A DNA stretch of 62,413 nucleotides, counting the filler, from Pirum gemmata (taxonomy: Eukaryota): assembly GCA_002812295.1 (NCBI GenBank). It is 29 parts of 29 records of this genome, joined end to end, with 100 filler letters (N's around TTAATTAATTAA, not from the genome) between each part and the next. Parts side by side here need not be neighbours in the genome. Positions count along the whole stretch, not along the records: positions 37,757 to 39,641 come from PDIN01010254.1; positions 39,742 to 41,641 come from PDIN01010255.1; positions 41,742 to 43,662 come from PDIN01010256.1; positions 43,763 to 45,683 come from PDIN01010257.1; positions 45,784 to 48,379 come from PDIN01010258.1; positions 48,480 to 50,368 come from PDIN01010259.1; positions 50,469 to 52,356 come from PDIN01010260.1; 22 more parts are not named here. The stretch is one strand, 5' to 3'. A model generated the notes under the pieces. The model saw only the letters and a list, made by a program, of their open reading frames with translations, made no database searches and was not told the DNA's origin. Position 1 is the first letter of the stretch. Each line of letters opens with the position of its first letter. The position numbers and the translations under genes were made by a program. Of the stretch, positions 38,154 to 51,013 are shown piece after piece.

Positions 38154-39641
38154 ATGAGTGATACTTCAAAAGCCAGTTCTAGTAACCCTACTACTAGTCA
38201 TCCTTCGATTAGTGTAGAGTCAGTATCTAAGCTTACTCCTATCATTTTTAATGGTGATCACAACAGTTTTCGCAGTTGGAAAATTCAATTTTTAGCTGCA
38301 TGTTTTCTATATAAAGTAAAGTGGTGTTTTGAAAGAGATGCTCCTACCGTAGCTTTGGATGGTTACTAACACGATGACCTATGCTGTTAACAATAATAAT
38401 CCTAAAGCAGCTTTTGATGCTATTTTACAGGATTATGAACGAAAAACCAAAACTAATCGGTCTTCTGTTCGAAGTAAGCTCATGATGATCCGTTTAGCAG
38501 AGTACGAAAATGTTACTGCTCTTGTAAATGGTATTAATGAATTATGCTCCTTATATGCAACGCTTACGGATCATTCAAAAGATATTGATGATGAAGAAAA
38601 ACTGGTTGCTTTAACAAATGCTTTACCGTCAAGTTATGACAGCATAGTTGAACTTATCTTCAACATTGATAATGTTACATTTAACATTGCTGTTCCCAAG
38701 GTGCTTGATCGGGAGCAAAAATTACAAGCTTCTAGTAGCAGTGATGTTGCTATGTATACTCCAGGCAAGAATGGTAAGAATAAACTTAATAATAAATGCA
38801 AAAAGTGTGAAAAACCTTACAAATTTTGCAAATGCAAAAAATGTGGAACTTGTAACTCGGTTCGGCTATCCTTCAAAATCATGCCCTAACTGTCGTCATT
38901 GCAAGAGAACACTGGCTAAATGTAAGTGTTCTCAGCCAGGTGATAACCAGCGCTCTCAAACGCCTCAAGCTAAAGCACAGGCAGCCATAGGTCAATCACA
39001 AGTTCAAATTACTGAACAACATGTCTCTCCTAATGCTCAAGCTAATGAGTCTGGTTTTAAGTATATGTTGGATGGCAATTGACTATTCAATACTAATGAT
39101 GACACTGGTATTTGTTTGGATGATGATCCCGGTTCTTCTAGCTTATATGGTTTAAGTTGTAGTGATAATGTGATAGTGGTACTTGATTGTGGTTGTACCT
39201 CGATTTTGCTCAACAATATCAACCTTTTTGACAAATCTTCCCTGCGCCCAAAAACCAAGTTATTCAAAGCTGCAGATGGTGGATCCATAGTAGCTAAACA
39301 AAAGGGTTTTGCTTATTTAAATGGGTTGATGGTCAAAGCCTATTACATACCAAGTCTATCGGTGAACTTGGTAGGTATGGCTAAGATTTTCAAAGCTGGT
39401 TACAAAATCGAAATAACTACAGATAAGGCCATTGTTTATGGTCATGGTGTCAGTGAAGTGTTCTATTGTACTAACAACCTATGGAAAATGAAAGTTAAAT
39501 TGAATGTAGCTTCTTTTTCATCTTGTTATTCCTCAATAGAGGTTTGGCATCATCGCCTTGGTCATACCAACTATCAAACATTGTTAAACATGTTTAGGAA
39601 GTCTGTGGTCGATGGTTTTCGTGTATCAAATCATCGACCAC
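38154..39641 (+). mobile_element. Degenerate Ty1/copia gag-pol (gag, Cys cluster, protease, GAG-pre-integrase), truncated
   Basis: FNGDHNSFRSWK, LTNALPSSYDSIV, protease VVLDCGCTS and WHHRLGHTN in copia order; frameshifts near 38365 and 38858 and a TGA at 39080-39082. Confidence 0.9.
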
Positions 39642-39906
39642 NNNNNNNNNNNNNNNNNNNNNNNNNNNNNNNNNNNNNNNNNNNNTTAATTAATTAANNN
39701 NNNNNNNNNNNNNNNNNNNNNNNNNNNNNNNNNNNNNNNNNATATAGCATCGTGTAATGGCAACTATCACAATCGTAATCACTAGTTTTGGAAAGGTCCG
39801 CAGGAAAAATTGTTCAGAATGATAATTATTAATTATATTGAAGATTACATTCATAAGCTCCATAACGTTTACTGTGGATAATATTAATACTGGGTCTGTA
39901 CTTGTT

Positions 39907-39945
<39 letters not shown>

Positions 39946-40328
39946 TATAATATTATTATTATTATCATTATTATTAATATTATTATTAATATTATTATTA
40001 ATATTATCATTGTTATTATTGTTAAAGTTTTTGTTTTAACGTGGTTGTTGTTGGTTGTTGGTTGTTGTTGGTTGTTGGTCGTTGTTGGTTGTTGTTTTTG
40101 TTGTTGTTGTTGTTGTTGTTGTTTTTGTTGTTGTTGTTGTTGTTGTTGGATGTTGGATGTTGTTGTTGTTGTTGTTGCAATTATTATTATTATTATTGTT
40201 GTAATAATGATTTTTCTCTTTTGTTTATTGTTGTTACTAATTGTTAATGCGTTGTTATAAATATTATTAAATATACCATATCCAGCAGTAACATAATTAT
40301 ATATTAGTGCATATTCATAGTCCTAATA

Positions 40329-40404
40329 CAGAAACTCCCAAATAAAGAACGCCCAGTTACGGGGTAACATTTTTACCTGGGCGTTCTTTATTTGGAAGTT
40401 TCTA
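40329..40404. mobile_element. 76-bp foldback hairpin flanked by TA (mini-MITE or hairpin RNA)
   Basis: AGAAACTCCCAAATAAAGAACGCCCAG pairs with CTGGGCGTTCTTTATTTGGAAGTTTCT with one mismatch. Confidence 0.7.
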
Positions 40405-40863
40405 TACCCGTATGATTTTTTAAAGATTCCAGATATGGTTTTTTAAGAATAGGTAGTCCGGTATTGTATAGAGAAGTAAATAATTACTGTATTATCTGTA
40501 TAGAGTCTTATATAGAGAACGAATACTGTACCGTCTGTACGAATATAGACTATATAGTCTTATATAGAACAAGAGGCTCAAAAATTCTCAAGAGTCAAGA
40601 GGAAACTCATCAATCAAATTTGCGGATTATTCACCCAAACATTTCGTAGTATTCTGTATGAAGATATTTTTTTTCAGTCTTATGACTCTTATCTGACTCT
40701 TATCATACTCTTATCATAGACTATCGGATAGTCTTTAGAATGATAGCAAAGAGTATCATAGAAGTATCAGTGAAGTATCATAGAATCATTTAGAATGTAC
40801 TACTAGCTAGTAGCTATCATAGCTAGCTAGCTAGCTAGCTAGCTAGAGTATCATACATAGGAT

Positions 40864-40897
40864 CAAGGACTTCAAAAAAAAACCCTTGAAGTCCTTG
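40864..40897. mobile_element. 34-bp TIR micro-element with 7-bp TSD ATAGGAT
   Basis: ATAGGAT|CAAGGACTTCAA-AAAAAAACCC-TTGAAGTCCTTG|ATAGGAT. Confidence 0.85.
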
Positions 40898-41608
40898 ATA
40901 GGATTAAAAAAAAATATCATATCTGATACATATCAATAGTAGACACAGGCTGGCACCTACCTACCTACCTACCTAGCTACTAATAATAGTACTAATACAA
41001 GTAATAGTAATAGTAATAGTAATAGTAATAGTAATAGTAATAGTAATAGTAATAGTAATAGTAATAGTAATAGTAATAGTAATAGTAATAGTAATAGTAA
41101 TAGTAATAGNAATTCTACATTGACTGTAAGTAGTTATGCTTGTAAGCAGATATTAATTGTTTTAAAATTAGTAATAATGATAATAATAATTCGTATAATA
41201 ATAATAATAATAATAATTATGGTAATGATAATAGTAACAGTAAGTAATAGTGATAGTAATAGTAATAGTAATATGACATAGTAATAGTAATAGTAATAGT
41301 AATAGTAATAGTAATAGTAATAGTAATAGTAATAGTAATAGTAATAGTAATAGTAAGTAATAGTAATAGTGATACTACTATTGATGGTTATCATGATTAT
41401 AATAATTTATACTATAATAAGAATGGTAATTCTACATAGACTGTAAGTAGTTATGTTTGTAAGCAGATATTAATTGTTTTAAAAAACAAATTTGTTCCTT
41501 ATTAGCAATTATCAGTTCATTGTGTTTTCCATTTCTAAGCGAAGAAGCTTCATCGCAGATTGACCAAACTTTTGGAATCATATCATGTCCGCAATTTAAT
41601 GATGCCTG

Positions 41609-41641
<33 letters not shown>

Positions 41642-41882
41642 NNNNNNNNNNNNNNNNNNNNNNNNNNNNNNNNNNNNNNNNNNNNTTAATTAATTAANNN
41701 NNNNNNNNNNNNNNNNNNNNNNNNNNNNNNNNNNNNNNNNNATCATGATTTTTTTTTGTTAGCCACGGTTAAAAGTTAAACCCATTTCTTTTTCTAGTTC
41801 GTTTTTCGTATCAAAGGACTCTTAAGGTGGTTTTTCGTGTTTGGTTTAGAAACTATTGTTGTACAATCCTACATTATATATA

Positions 41883-43662
41883 TTAACTTTTTTGTTTTGT
41901 AATTTGTTTGTATATGTCGATAGTAATGTTCTGAAATACCAAAGGAGCAATTTTGAAATAAATAGCGAAATCATATATTGCAAAATACTTTATAATTTCT
42001 AATAGAAAAGTCGTACTAAAGCTTTTACTGGGGATTAATCTCTGTAATACAGTTGATAGTACTTGAACCTTTGCCTGGATATTGACTTTTTCTAGTACAC
42101 TAACCATTTTTCCTTTTTCTACATAATAGGCAAGACACTCCCGGTCACAATGTATCAAACGAAGAGCGTCTGATAACGAAATTAATTCTTTAGAGTATAT
42201 ACGTACAAGCTCACTTCTGTTTCGCAATACAAGACTTTGTAGCTCGTCGTGTGCCATTTCTATTTTCGGATCTTTTATTTCCCTTGCGGCTGCATAATGT
42301 AAGGTGGTTATTGTATTATTTACTTTCAGTAAAGATATAAGACTAGAAAACCCCTCTATATCTACAGGTGGTTGCGCATCTAACACATTTTGCAAATCTA
42401 AATATGTAATACCTGTGTTTTCTCTTAACGCTAAAGCAACATCTTCACATTCAAGTTGACTGATTTTGCCTATTGTCAATTTCGTAAGCGATTTATTTCT
42501 TTTAAAATTGAAAAACTTGGCAAATTCTCCAAAGATAAAATTATTAGATTCGATGCTTAGTTTTGAAATTACTTTGTTATGATCCAAACATCTTGCTAAA
42601 TGACCGATGCTGACGTTGTCGATTTCGTTACTGTCAAGTTTCAGGGTCACTAATGTTTTATTATATTTTAAACCAGATCCCAGTAAACGAGCTACACCAT
42701 TACCAATTTTATTTCCAGTGATAGATAAATTAACCAAAGAGGTATGTGTTGTGAAATCAATGCCTGGTGTTTCAGCCCCTTCAGTAACAATATTATTTCG
42801 ATTAAGATTCAAAAACTTAACGGATTTATTTCTCTTCAATGCTTTTGCTATTGTCATTGCGCCCTCAAATCCCAAGTTATTCTCAGACAAATCTAATTTT
42901 GTAATATTAACGTCCGTTGTCAAAGCCAATGCTATTTTTTCAACGCCAACATTTTGAATTTCATTTGAACTTAAATTTATTTTTGCCAATACTTTATTGT
43001 TACTTAAAAATGAACCAATTTTTGTAGCACCAACCTCTCCAAAACTGTTAGCTTGCAGATCCAACTTTTGGAGAACTGTATTTTCTTTCAAAGCAGTCAT
43101 TAGTGTATCCACACTAGTATCGTCTAAACGGCAAAATGAAAGGATTAATGTTTTGATGGACTTATTGACTTTTAAACCAGATGCCAAATATTTAATCGCT
43201 GGGCCTAGACGATAAGTACCGCTCAAATCTAGAAAACAAATTGTTTTGTTTGATTTAAAAAGAGTAGTTCGAATTTTGCCGAAATCAGTATCCAGATTTC
43301 CTGAAGCACCAATGCACCAATGCGTAAGCACTGAATTTTCTTTCATTTCAGCAAGTATTATATCGGTATGACCAGATCGTCCCGTCTGACACATCTGCAA
43401 AACTTTTATAGTTTTGTTTTTATTCAAAGCAGCCACCAATTTCTTTATCCCAACACTGCCAAAAAAATTTTGTGCTACATTCAATATTGTAATGGTGTTG
43501 TTTACTAATATAGCATCAGCCAGACAAATTGCCCCCTCTTCTTCGATTTTGCCAAAGGAAATATCTAAAGTTTTAATCGACTTGTTTATTTTTAGTGCTT
43601 CGGCGATTTTTACAGCTCCCTGATCCTGTAGGTTATTGTGGCCTAATCTCAAACAAGTAAGC
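41883..43662 (-). CDS. RI-like (28-residue) leucine-rich repeat protein, 5' truncated
   Basis: Tandem repeats such as LRLGHNNLQDQGAVKIAEALKINKSIKTL across about 450 aa; open to TAA. Confidence 0.9.
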
Positions 43663-43837
43663 NNNNNNNNNNNNNNNNNNNNNNNNNNNNNNNNNNNNNN
43701 NNNNNNTTAATTAATTAANNNNNNNNNNNNNNNNNNNNNNNNNNNNNNNNNNNNNNNNNNNNTTATTATTATTATTATTATTATCATTAATATATTATCA
43801 TTATCATTATCATTATCATTATCATTATCGTTATTTC

Positions 43838-44548
43838 CCTACCCTACTTCTAATCCTACCTCTCATTCTAGCCCTGCTCTGGTTCTGAATCAGCGTTGTC
43901 ATAGTTTGTATGATCTATTAACGCACATGTATGACATAGACTACATGTCCCAGTTGTCCATGCAAAATTTAATATAATATAATAGTAATGATAATGGAAA
44001 TAAGATAATTATGATGATATTGATAATGTCAATTACAATTATTATACTGATTATTATAATTTCACTTAAGCAAAATTATGATTATGAATATGATTAATTG
44101 TTATTGCTAGTTATTGTTTATTCACTATAATGACAGGAATTATAATTATAAAATTAGTTTAATGGGGATTATAATAATATTTGTCATAAAAGACTTGGCC
44201 TTTGTGAGCTATAGTGAATGAATGATTTTATCAAGCTTTATTTAATAGTGAAGCCAATAGTGATATTAGACAATATGGATTTTCTAGATCACACTTACGT
44301 ATTTTTAGTTTGTTGGTGTTATCATATAAATTTAAAATTTTCTGCTTTGGAAGTTTAATTATTATAACCCCTACCCCTGCCTCTACCTCTACCCCTACCC
44401 TACCCTACTTCTAATCTTACCTCTAATTCTAACCCTAATCTGGTTCTGAATCTGGTTCTGAATCAGCGTTGTCATAGTTTGTATGATCTATTAACGCACA
44501 TATATGACATAAACTACGTGTCCCGGTTGTCCATGCAAAATTTAATAT
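43838..44548 (+). repeat. Direct duplication of about 140 bp (43838-43976 and 44397-44548)
   Basis: Shared CTGGTTCTGAATCAGCGTTGTCATAGTTTGTATGATCTATTAACGCACAT...GTTGTCCATGCAAAATTTAATATA. Confidence 0.85.
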
Positions 44549-45539
44549 ATATTTCAAAATTCAAATTGTTTAATTATTTATGAAAACGTACGAAAAACAA
44601 TATCAATAATAGCTCTTATAGTGCTACTGTTACCATATTATTTTCTGGGTTCCCACGCACTTATTATATTTATTGAAAGGTATATAATATTATAGACCTG
44701 AAATATTATTGATCCATATTGTAATATAAAAATAATAATTAGTTTTATTTATTCTGTTTACATTCTCATGATCAGGTTAATTTAAAACTCATTTGAAAGA
44801 TTTTTTATTTTTATTTTTTGTATGATACAATTATTATAAAATTATTTTATTCATTACATGATAAAATTATAAAATTATAATTAGAATTGCGTATTAGTAA
44901 GGTCATATCATTGTCATTATATACAAATTACAAAGTCATGAATTACATTATTCTTTTTTTGCAATTACATAAGCTACAGAATACCCAACAATATCATTTG
45001 TTGTTATTGTTGTTATTGTTGTTATTGTTGTTATTGTTGTTATTGTTGCTTTTGTTGCTGCTGTTGGTTGCTGCTGTTGTTGTAATGGAATTTTATTTTT
45101 GTTTATTTATAATTCATTCTGTTGAATTCAAAGAACATCATATACAATAGAATGTTTTTAGGATCAACAGATTTCATTATTATCATAATCGTTATTGCCA
45201 ATTTGTTTTAGTTTTAACACTTTACTCTTTTTACAGATTTACTTCTAATCTGCATTAGATTGTGCGTAGTTTTCTCTTCTGGCTTTTTTCCTAATTCAGC
45301 GCAAATCAACATTTCTAATTGACTTTTATATTCATGAGAACCTTCGAAAATGGTAGTTTTAAAAGCAGAATGCTTGTTTTTGTTGTAAAAAGAAATATTA
45401 ATCATCATTAAAATAATAAATTACTTGGTGTAAATTAAAATTATAATTGTTTTGTTTTTTAGTTTTTTAGTTTATTTTATTTATTTATTTTGTTTGTTTG
45501 TTTTTATTTTTATTTTTTTTTAAATTTTTTTTTTTATTT

Positions 45540-45580
<41 letters not shown>

Positions 45581-45956
45581 TTTTATTATATAATATTATA
45601 TTATTTGATTTTTTAAAATTACTTTATTTAATTTTATTATGAAATTTAAGTTTTGCAGTCGTTTTCCCTTTCCTATTATTATCNNNNNNNNNNNNNNNNN
45701 NNNNNNNNNNNNNNNNNNNNNNNNNNNTTAATTAATTAANNNNNNNNNNNNNNNNNNNNNNNNNNNNNNNNNNNNNNNNNNNNTTATTGTTATGATTATG
45801 ATTATGATTATGATTTTGATTATGCTTATGCTTATGCTTATGACTATTACTATATTTATGATGATAATGATGATAATGATAATGATAATGATGATGATGA
45901 TGATGATGATGAGGATGTTGTTGTTGTTGATATTGATGATGATTTTGATGATGGTG

Positions 45957-46004
<48 letters not shown>

Positions 46005-46619
46005 CAAAATCATCAAAATCATCATTATCATAATCATCATCATCATCATTATTATTGTTATTATTATTATGTAGGTTATGTATTATAATAATGATTAAAT
46101 CAAAGAATTGTTTAAAAAGAGAACTAATATAGTTAATAAGAATTTAGTTAATTTACATACTTGTTTTTTTAAGTTAAATAATGATAATATTAGATGTATT
46201 TGGAGTATTAGCAATAAGTTTTTATATGACCCTTTAGTTCCAGTCAACTCTGGTGGGGGAGATCCTTTAGTAGATTTGGCATTCAGTTAATAGGAACATT
46301 ATTATTATTATTATTTTATTATTGTTAATTTATTATTATTATTATTATGATTATAATAATAATGATGATTATGATTGTGATTATTATAATCATTATTATT
46401 ATTATTATTAGTGTTGCTATTGTTGTTCTTATTATTCTTATTATTACCAATAACATTACCAATCCCTATATTAGAAAGACTGGTAGTANGTAGGGCTAGG
46501 GCTAGGGCTAGGGCTAGGGTTAGGGTTAGGGCTAGGGCTAGGGCTAGGGCTAGGGCTAGAGTTAGGGTTAAAGTTAGAGTTAGTTTAAGAGTTAGCTATA
46601 TTTTTAAAAGCAAAATGGA

Positions 46620-48379
46620 AGTTATGATCGTGATTATGATTGTGATTATGATTGTAATTGTGATTGTGATTGTGATTATGATTATTATTATGATTAGTAT
46701 TGTGATTGTGTATGTGATTGTTATTGTGATTGTGGTTGTGATTGTGAGTGTGATTGTGTTTGTGAGTATAATTATAATTATATGATTATGATGTTGATTG
46801 TGATTATGACTGTGATTGTGATTGTGATTATGATTGTGATTGTGATTATGATGGTGGTTGTGATTGTGGTTGTGATTGTGATCATAATCATAATCATAAT
46901 CATAATCATAATCATAATCATAATCATAATTATAATTATAATTATAATCGCAATCACTATTGTGATTATGATTGTGATTGTGATTGTGATTGAGAGTGTA
47001 ACTATGATTATATTTATGTTTGTGATTATGATTATGATTATGATTATGATTGTGATTGTGATTATGATTATGGTTATGGTTGTGATTATGATTATAATTG
47101 TGATTGTAATTGTGATTGTGATTTTGGTTGTGGTTGGTTTTTGGTTGTGGCTGTGATAGTGGTTGTGAGTGTGAGTGTGATTATGATTATGATTATGATT
47201 ATGATTATGGTTATGACTATGGTTATGATTATGGTTATGATTGTGATTGTGATTGTGATTGTGATTGTGATTGTGATTGTGATTGTGATTGTGATTATGG
47301 TTATGATTGTGATTATGATTGTGATTATGATTGTGATTATGATTATGATTGTGATAATGATTATGATTGTGGTTGTGTTTGTGGTTGTGATTGTGGTTGT
47401 GGTTGTGATTATGATTATATGATTATATGATTATATGATTATATGATTATGGTTATGATTATGGTTATGATTATGGTTATGTTTATCATTGTGATTGTGA
47501 TTGTGGTTATGGTTGTGATTGTGGTTGTGATTGTGATTGTGATTGAGAGTGTGATTATGATTATGATTGTGATTGTGATTGTGATTATGATTGTGATAAT
47601 GATTGTGATTATGATTGTGATTGTGATTGTGATTGTGGTTGTGGTTGTGGTTGTGATTGTGAGTGGTATTAAGATTATGATTATGATTATGATTATATGA
47701 TTATGATTATGGTTATGATTATGATTCTCATTGTGGCTGTGATTGTGGTTTTGATTGTGGTTGTGATTGTGGTTGTGATTGAGAGTGTGATTATGATCAT
47801 GATTATGATTATGATTGTGATTGTGATTATAATTATAATTATGATTATATGATTATGATTATGATTATGATTATGATTATGATTATGATTATGATTATGA
47901 TTATGATTATGATTATGATTATGAATATGATTATGATTATGATTATGATNNNNNNNNNNNNNNNNTTATGATTATGATTATGATTATGATTATGATTTAT
48001 GATTATGATTTATGATTATGATTATGATTATGATTATGATTATGATTATGATTATGATTTATGATTATGATTATGATTTATTATCATGATTATGATTATG
48101 ATTATGATTATGTTTATGTTTATGATTATGATTATGATTATGATTGTTATTATTATGATGATTAAAATTTATGAATATGATTTATGGTTATGATTTTTAT
48201 GATTATGTTTATGATTATGATTATGATTATGATTTATGATTATGATTTATGATTATGATTTATAATTATGATTATGATTATGATTATGATTAAAATTTAT
48301 GATTATGATTTATGATTATGATTATGATTATTATTATCAGTATGATATATGATTATGATTATGATTATGATTATGATTA
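46620..48379. repeat. Hexamer satellite (GATTAT / GATTGT / GGTTAT / GGTTGT)
   Basis: About 1.7 kb of largely in-phase variant hexamers. Confidence 0.9.
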
Positions 48380-48617
48380 NNNNNNNNNNNNNNNNNNNNN
48401 NNNNNNNNNNNNNNNNNNNNNNNTTAATTAATTAANNNNNNNNNNNNNNNNNNNNNNNNNNNNNNNNNNNNNNNNNNNNAAATATTTCAAAAAAGGTCAC
48501 ATGTTAAAAAAAAGACAAAAATTAAATAGGGTGGGGAAATAGTTTTTAGAGTTTAAGTTATATATTACATTACTACTACTATTATTATTATTATTATTTA
48601 TTATTTATTAGGGTTTA

Positions 48618-48655
<38 letters not shown>

Positions 48656-49129
48656 AAGCCAATTCATAACGTAAACAAACAAACAAACGAGCTGCACACA
48701 TGTACACACATACATATAGATAATTCACAAACCCAAATAAGACGATCGACAATCCGATTTTGGCTATTTGAAACATGTATTACCAAATAAAGACATCGAC
48801 AATCCAATTTTGGCTATTTGAAACCATGTATTACCAAATAAAGAAATCAATAATACTTTTATTAAAAAAAAGACTTAAAATCTAAAAAAATAAATAAATA
48901 ATTATAAGACAAATTTGTTAAAAATCCATAATATTGATATATTATAAATTATTATTTACAAGTTAATTTATATTTAAAATGTTTTATTTTGATTCAATTT
49001 TATGGATTTTAATTAATTTGGATATTTATAAATATTTCAAAAAAGGTCACATGTTAAAAAAAAGACAAAAATTAAATAGGGTGGGGAAATAGTTTTTAGA
49101 TTTTAAGTTATATATTACATTACTACTAC

Positions 49130-49160
<31 letters not shown>

Positions 49161-49330
49161 TACTACTACTACTACTATTACATTACCATTATTATTACAT
49201 TACTACTACTACTACTACTACTATTATTATTAATTACTACTACTACTACATATATAAGAGTAGTAGTAGAAGTAGTAGTAGTAGTATTATGATATTCTAC
49301 CTCTTGTAATTTCTAAAATTAATCAAGAGT

Positions 49331-49428
49331 GTCATTTTTTCGAACAGCTCAGTATAAAACAATACCATCTCTATATATAATAATGATTGAATTTGCAAAT
49401 TAAGTTTTCAAGAAAAATAAGTAACAAC
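49331..49428 (-). pseudogene. Decayed tandem copy of the last ~33 codons of the methyltransferase
   Basis: VVTYFS*KLNLQIQ...YRDGIVLY*AVRKND versus AVTDFAQKHNLQIQLSYRDGIFLSWAVRKCH. Confidence 0.75.
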
Positions 49429-49456
49429 CTAACCACTAACCCTAACCCTGACTAAC

Positions 49457-50236
49457 CTAATGACATTTTCGAACAGCCCAGGATAAAAAGATACCATCTC
49501 TATAAGACAATTGAATTTGCAAATTGTGCTTTTGAGCAAAATCAGTAACAGCCCCATAAACAACCTCACCGGTTTCATCTCTACTACCATCGTAGTTCAA
49601 AGTCCAATCCTGACCACTAGTTTCAATTTCACTTTGGACAACAAAATCATGACCAGCAAAAATACCCCCAACCCTAAGCTTAGGCCAATAACTTTCCAAA
49701 TCTTCACTTACACCCTTACGATCGTGCCGGGCGTCGATGTAAATATAATCAAAGTAATAATCAGCGTAGTTTTTGACACAAGTGGTTGAAAAATCGCGGC
49801 AAATTTTGAAATCTACTGTCGGGAATGCTTTGGTTTTTGCTAACGTTTGGCGATAAAATTGATCATGAACTTCTTTCTTAACATTAGCGATGTCCTTGTA
49901 GTTTTCCTGATGATTCCAGAGATCTACTAGATGGTATTCTTTAGCCCCTTTCCAGTTTTGTAAGGTAGCTTGCATAAAATCGCCTTGTTTGACACCGACT
50001 TCGACTCCTTTTGTCATGCCTTCTTTATCTAAAATGGTACCTAGCTCGGGTCTGTGACGAAAAGTTGGTATTGGTTTGCAGCTTTGGTCAGAAGTTGGTT
50101 TGGCTTCAGGCATAATAGGTATATTTTCTCTAGAATTGGTTAAATAGAAGTTACAACAAATAATCATTGTTTGAATTAACAATATTACTAATAACACATA
50201 TTTCCCATAGTTACCGTAATCTAAACTGTTTCTCAT
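49457..50236 (-). CDS. Class I SAM-dependent methyltransferase (Methyltransf_24-like) with N-terminal membrane anchor
   Basis: GVEVGVKQG, HLVDLW, FDYIYIDARHD and YWPKLRVGGIFAGHDF motifs; hydrophobic N-terminal segment. Confidence 0.85.
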   Translation of the reverse strand: MRNSLDYGNYGKYVLLVILLIQTMIICCNFYLTNSRENIPIMPEAKPTSDQSCKPIPTFRHRPELGTILDKEGMTKGVEVGVKQGDFMQATLQNWKGAKEYHLVDLWNHQENYKDIANVKKEVHDQFYRQTLAKTKAFPTVDFKICRDFSTTCVKNYADYYFDYIYIDARHDRKGVSEDLESYWPKLRVGGIFAGHDFVVQSEIETSGQDWTLNYDGSRDETGEVVYGAVTDFAQKHNLQIQLSYRDGIFLSWAVRKCH

Positions 50237-50315
50237 CTAAACAAGTTGGTTGGGGTTAAGATTAGGATTAGGGTTAGGGTTAGGGTTAGGGTTAGGGTTA
50301 GGGTTAGGGTTACGG

Positions 50316-50366
<51 letters not shown>

Positions 50367-51013
50367 AANNNNNNNNNNNNNNNNNNNNNNNNNNNNNNNN
50401 NNNNNNNNNNNNTTAATTAATTAANNNNNNNNNNNNNNNNNNNNNNNNNNNNNNNNNNNNNNNNNNNNATAATAATAATAATAATAATAATGATAATTCT
50501 TTTTGATTATTTATTCTGAATCCTAACCCTAGCCCTCCTTATAACCCTAATAGACCTAACCCTAACACTTTTAATCCTAACCTTAATAACCAACCCTAAC
50601 CCTAAAAATCTTCTAACCCTAACCCTAGCCCTAATCCTTATCTAATCCTTAACCCTACCCACTAACCACTAACCACTTACCACTAACCCTAACCCCAACC
50701 TAAAAAACCCCAAATAAAAAAGTTGTTAATCAAATAAATTTTAGAGCAATAAAAATAAAATTAACATTAAGTTAATTTTATTAAGTTAATTTTATTAATA
50801 ATATCAAATTTCAAAAAAAATTATTTATTTATTTCCGGGGGATCCAAGATTCCAAGTCCAATTATTATGATGTTCTTATTTTTATAATACAATTATTATT
50901 CTAAGATATTAAATGGAAATTTATAAATCTGATAAGTTGGTATCCCAACCCCAACCCCACCCCACTCCAAGCTTCGTCCCTATCCATAGCTACGCAAACA
51001 TCAATAAATTCGA

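Noticed and set aside
45732..48379. Many ORF-track proteins of poly-I/M/V, poly-L, LVWFG or RVRV type (also 18003-18992, 31913-33392, 56659-58363)
   Set aside because: Translations of microsatellites with no protein-like complexity.
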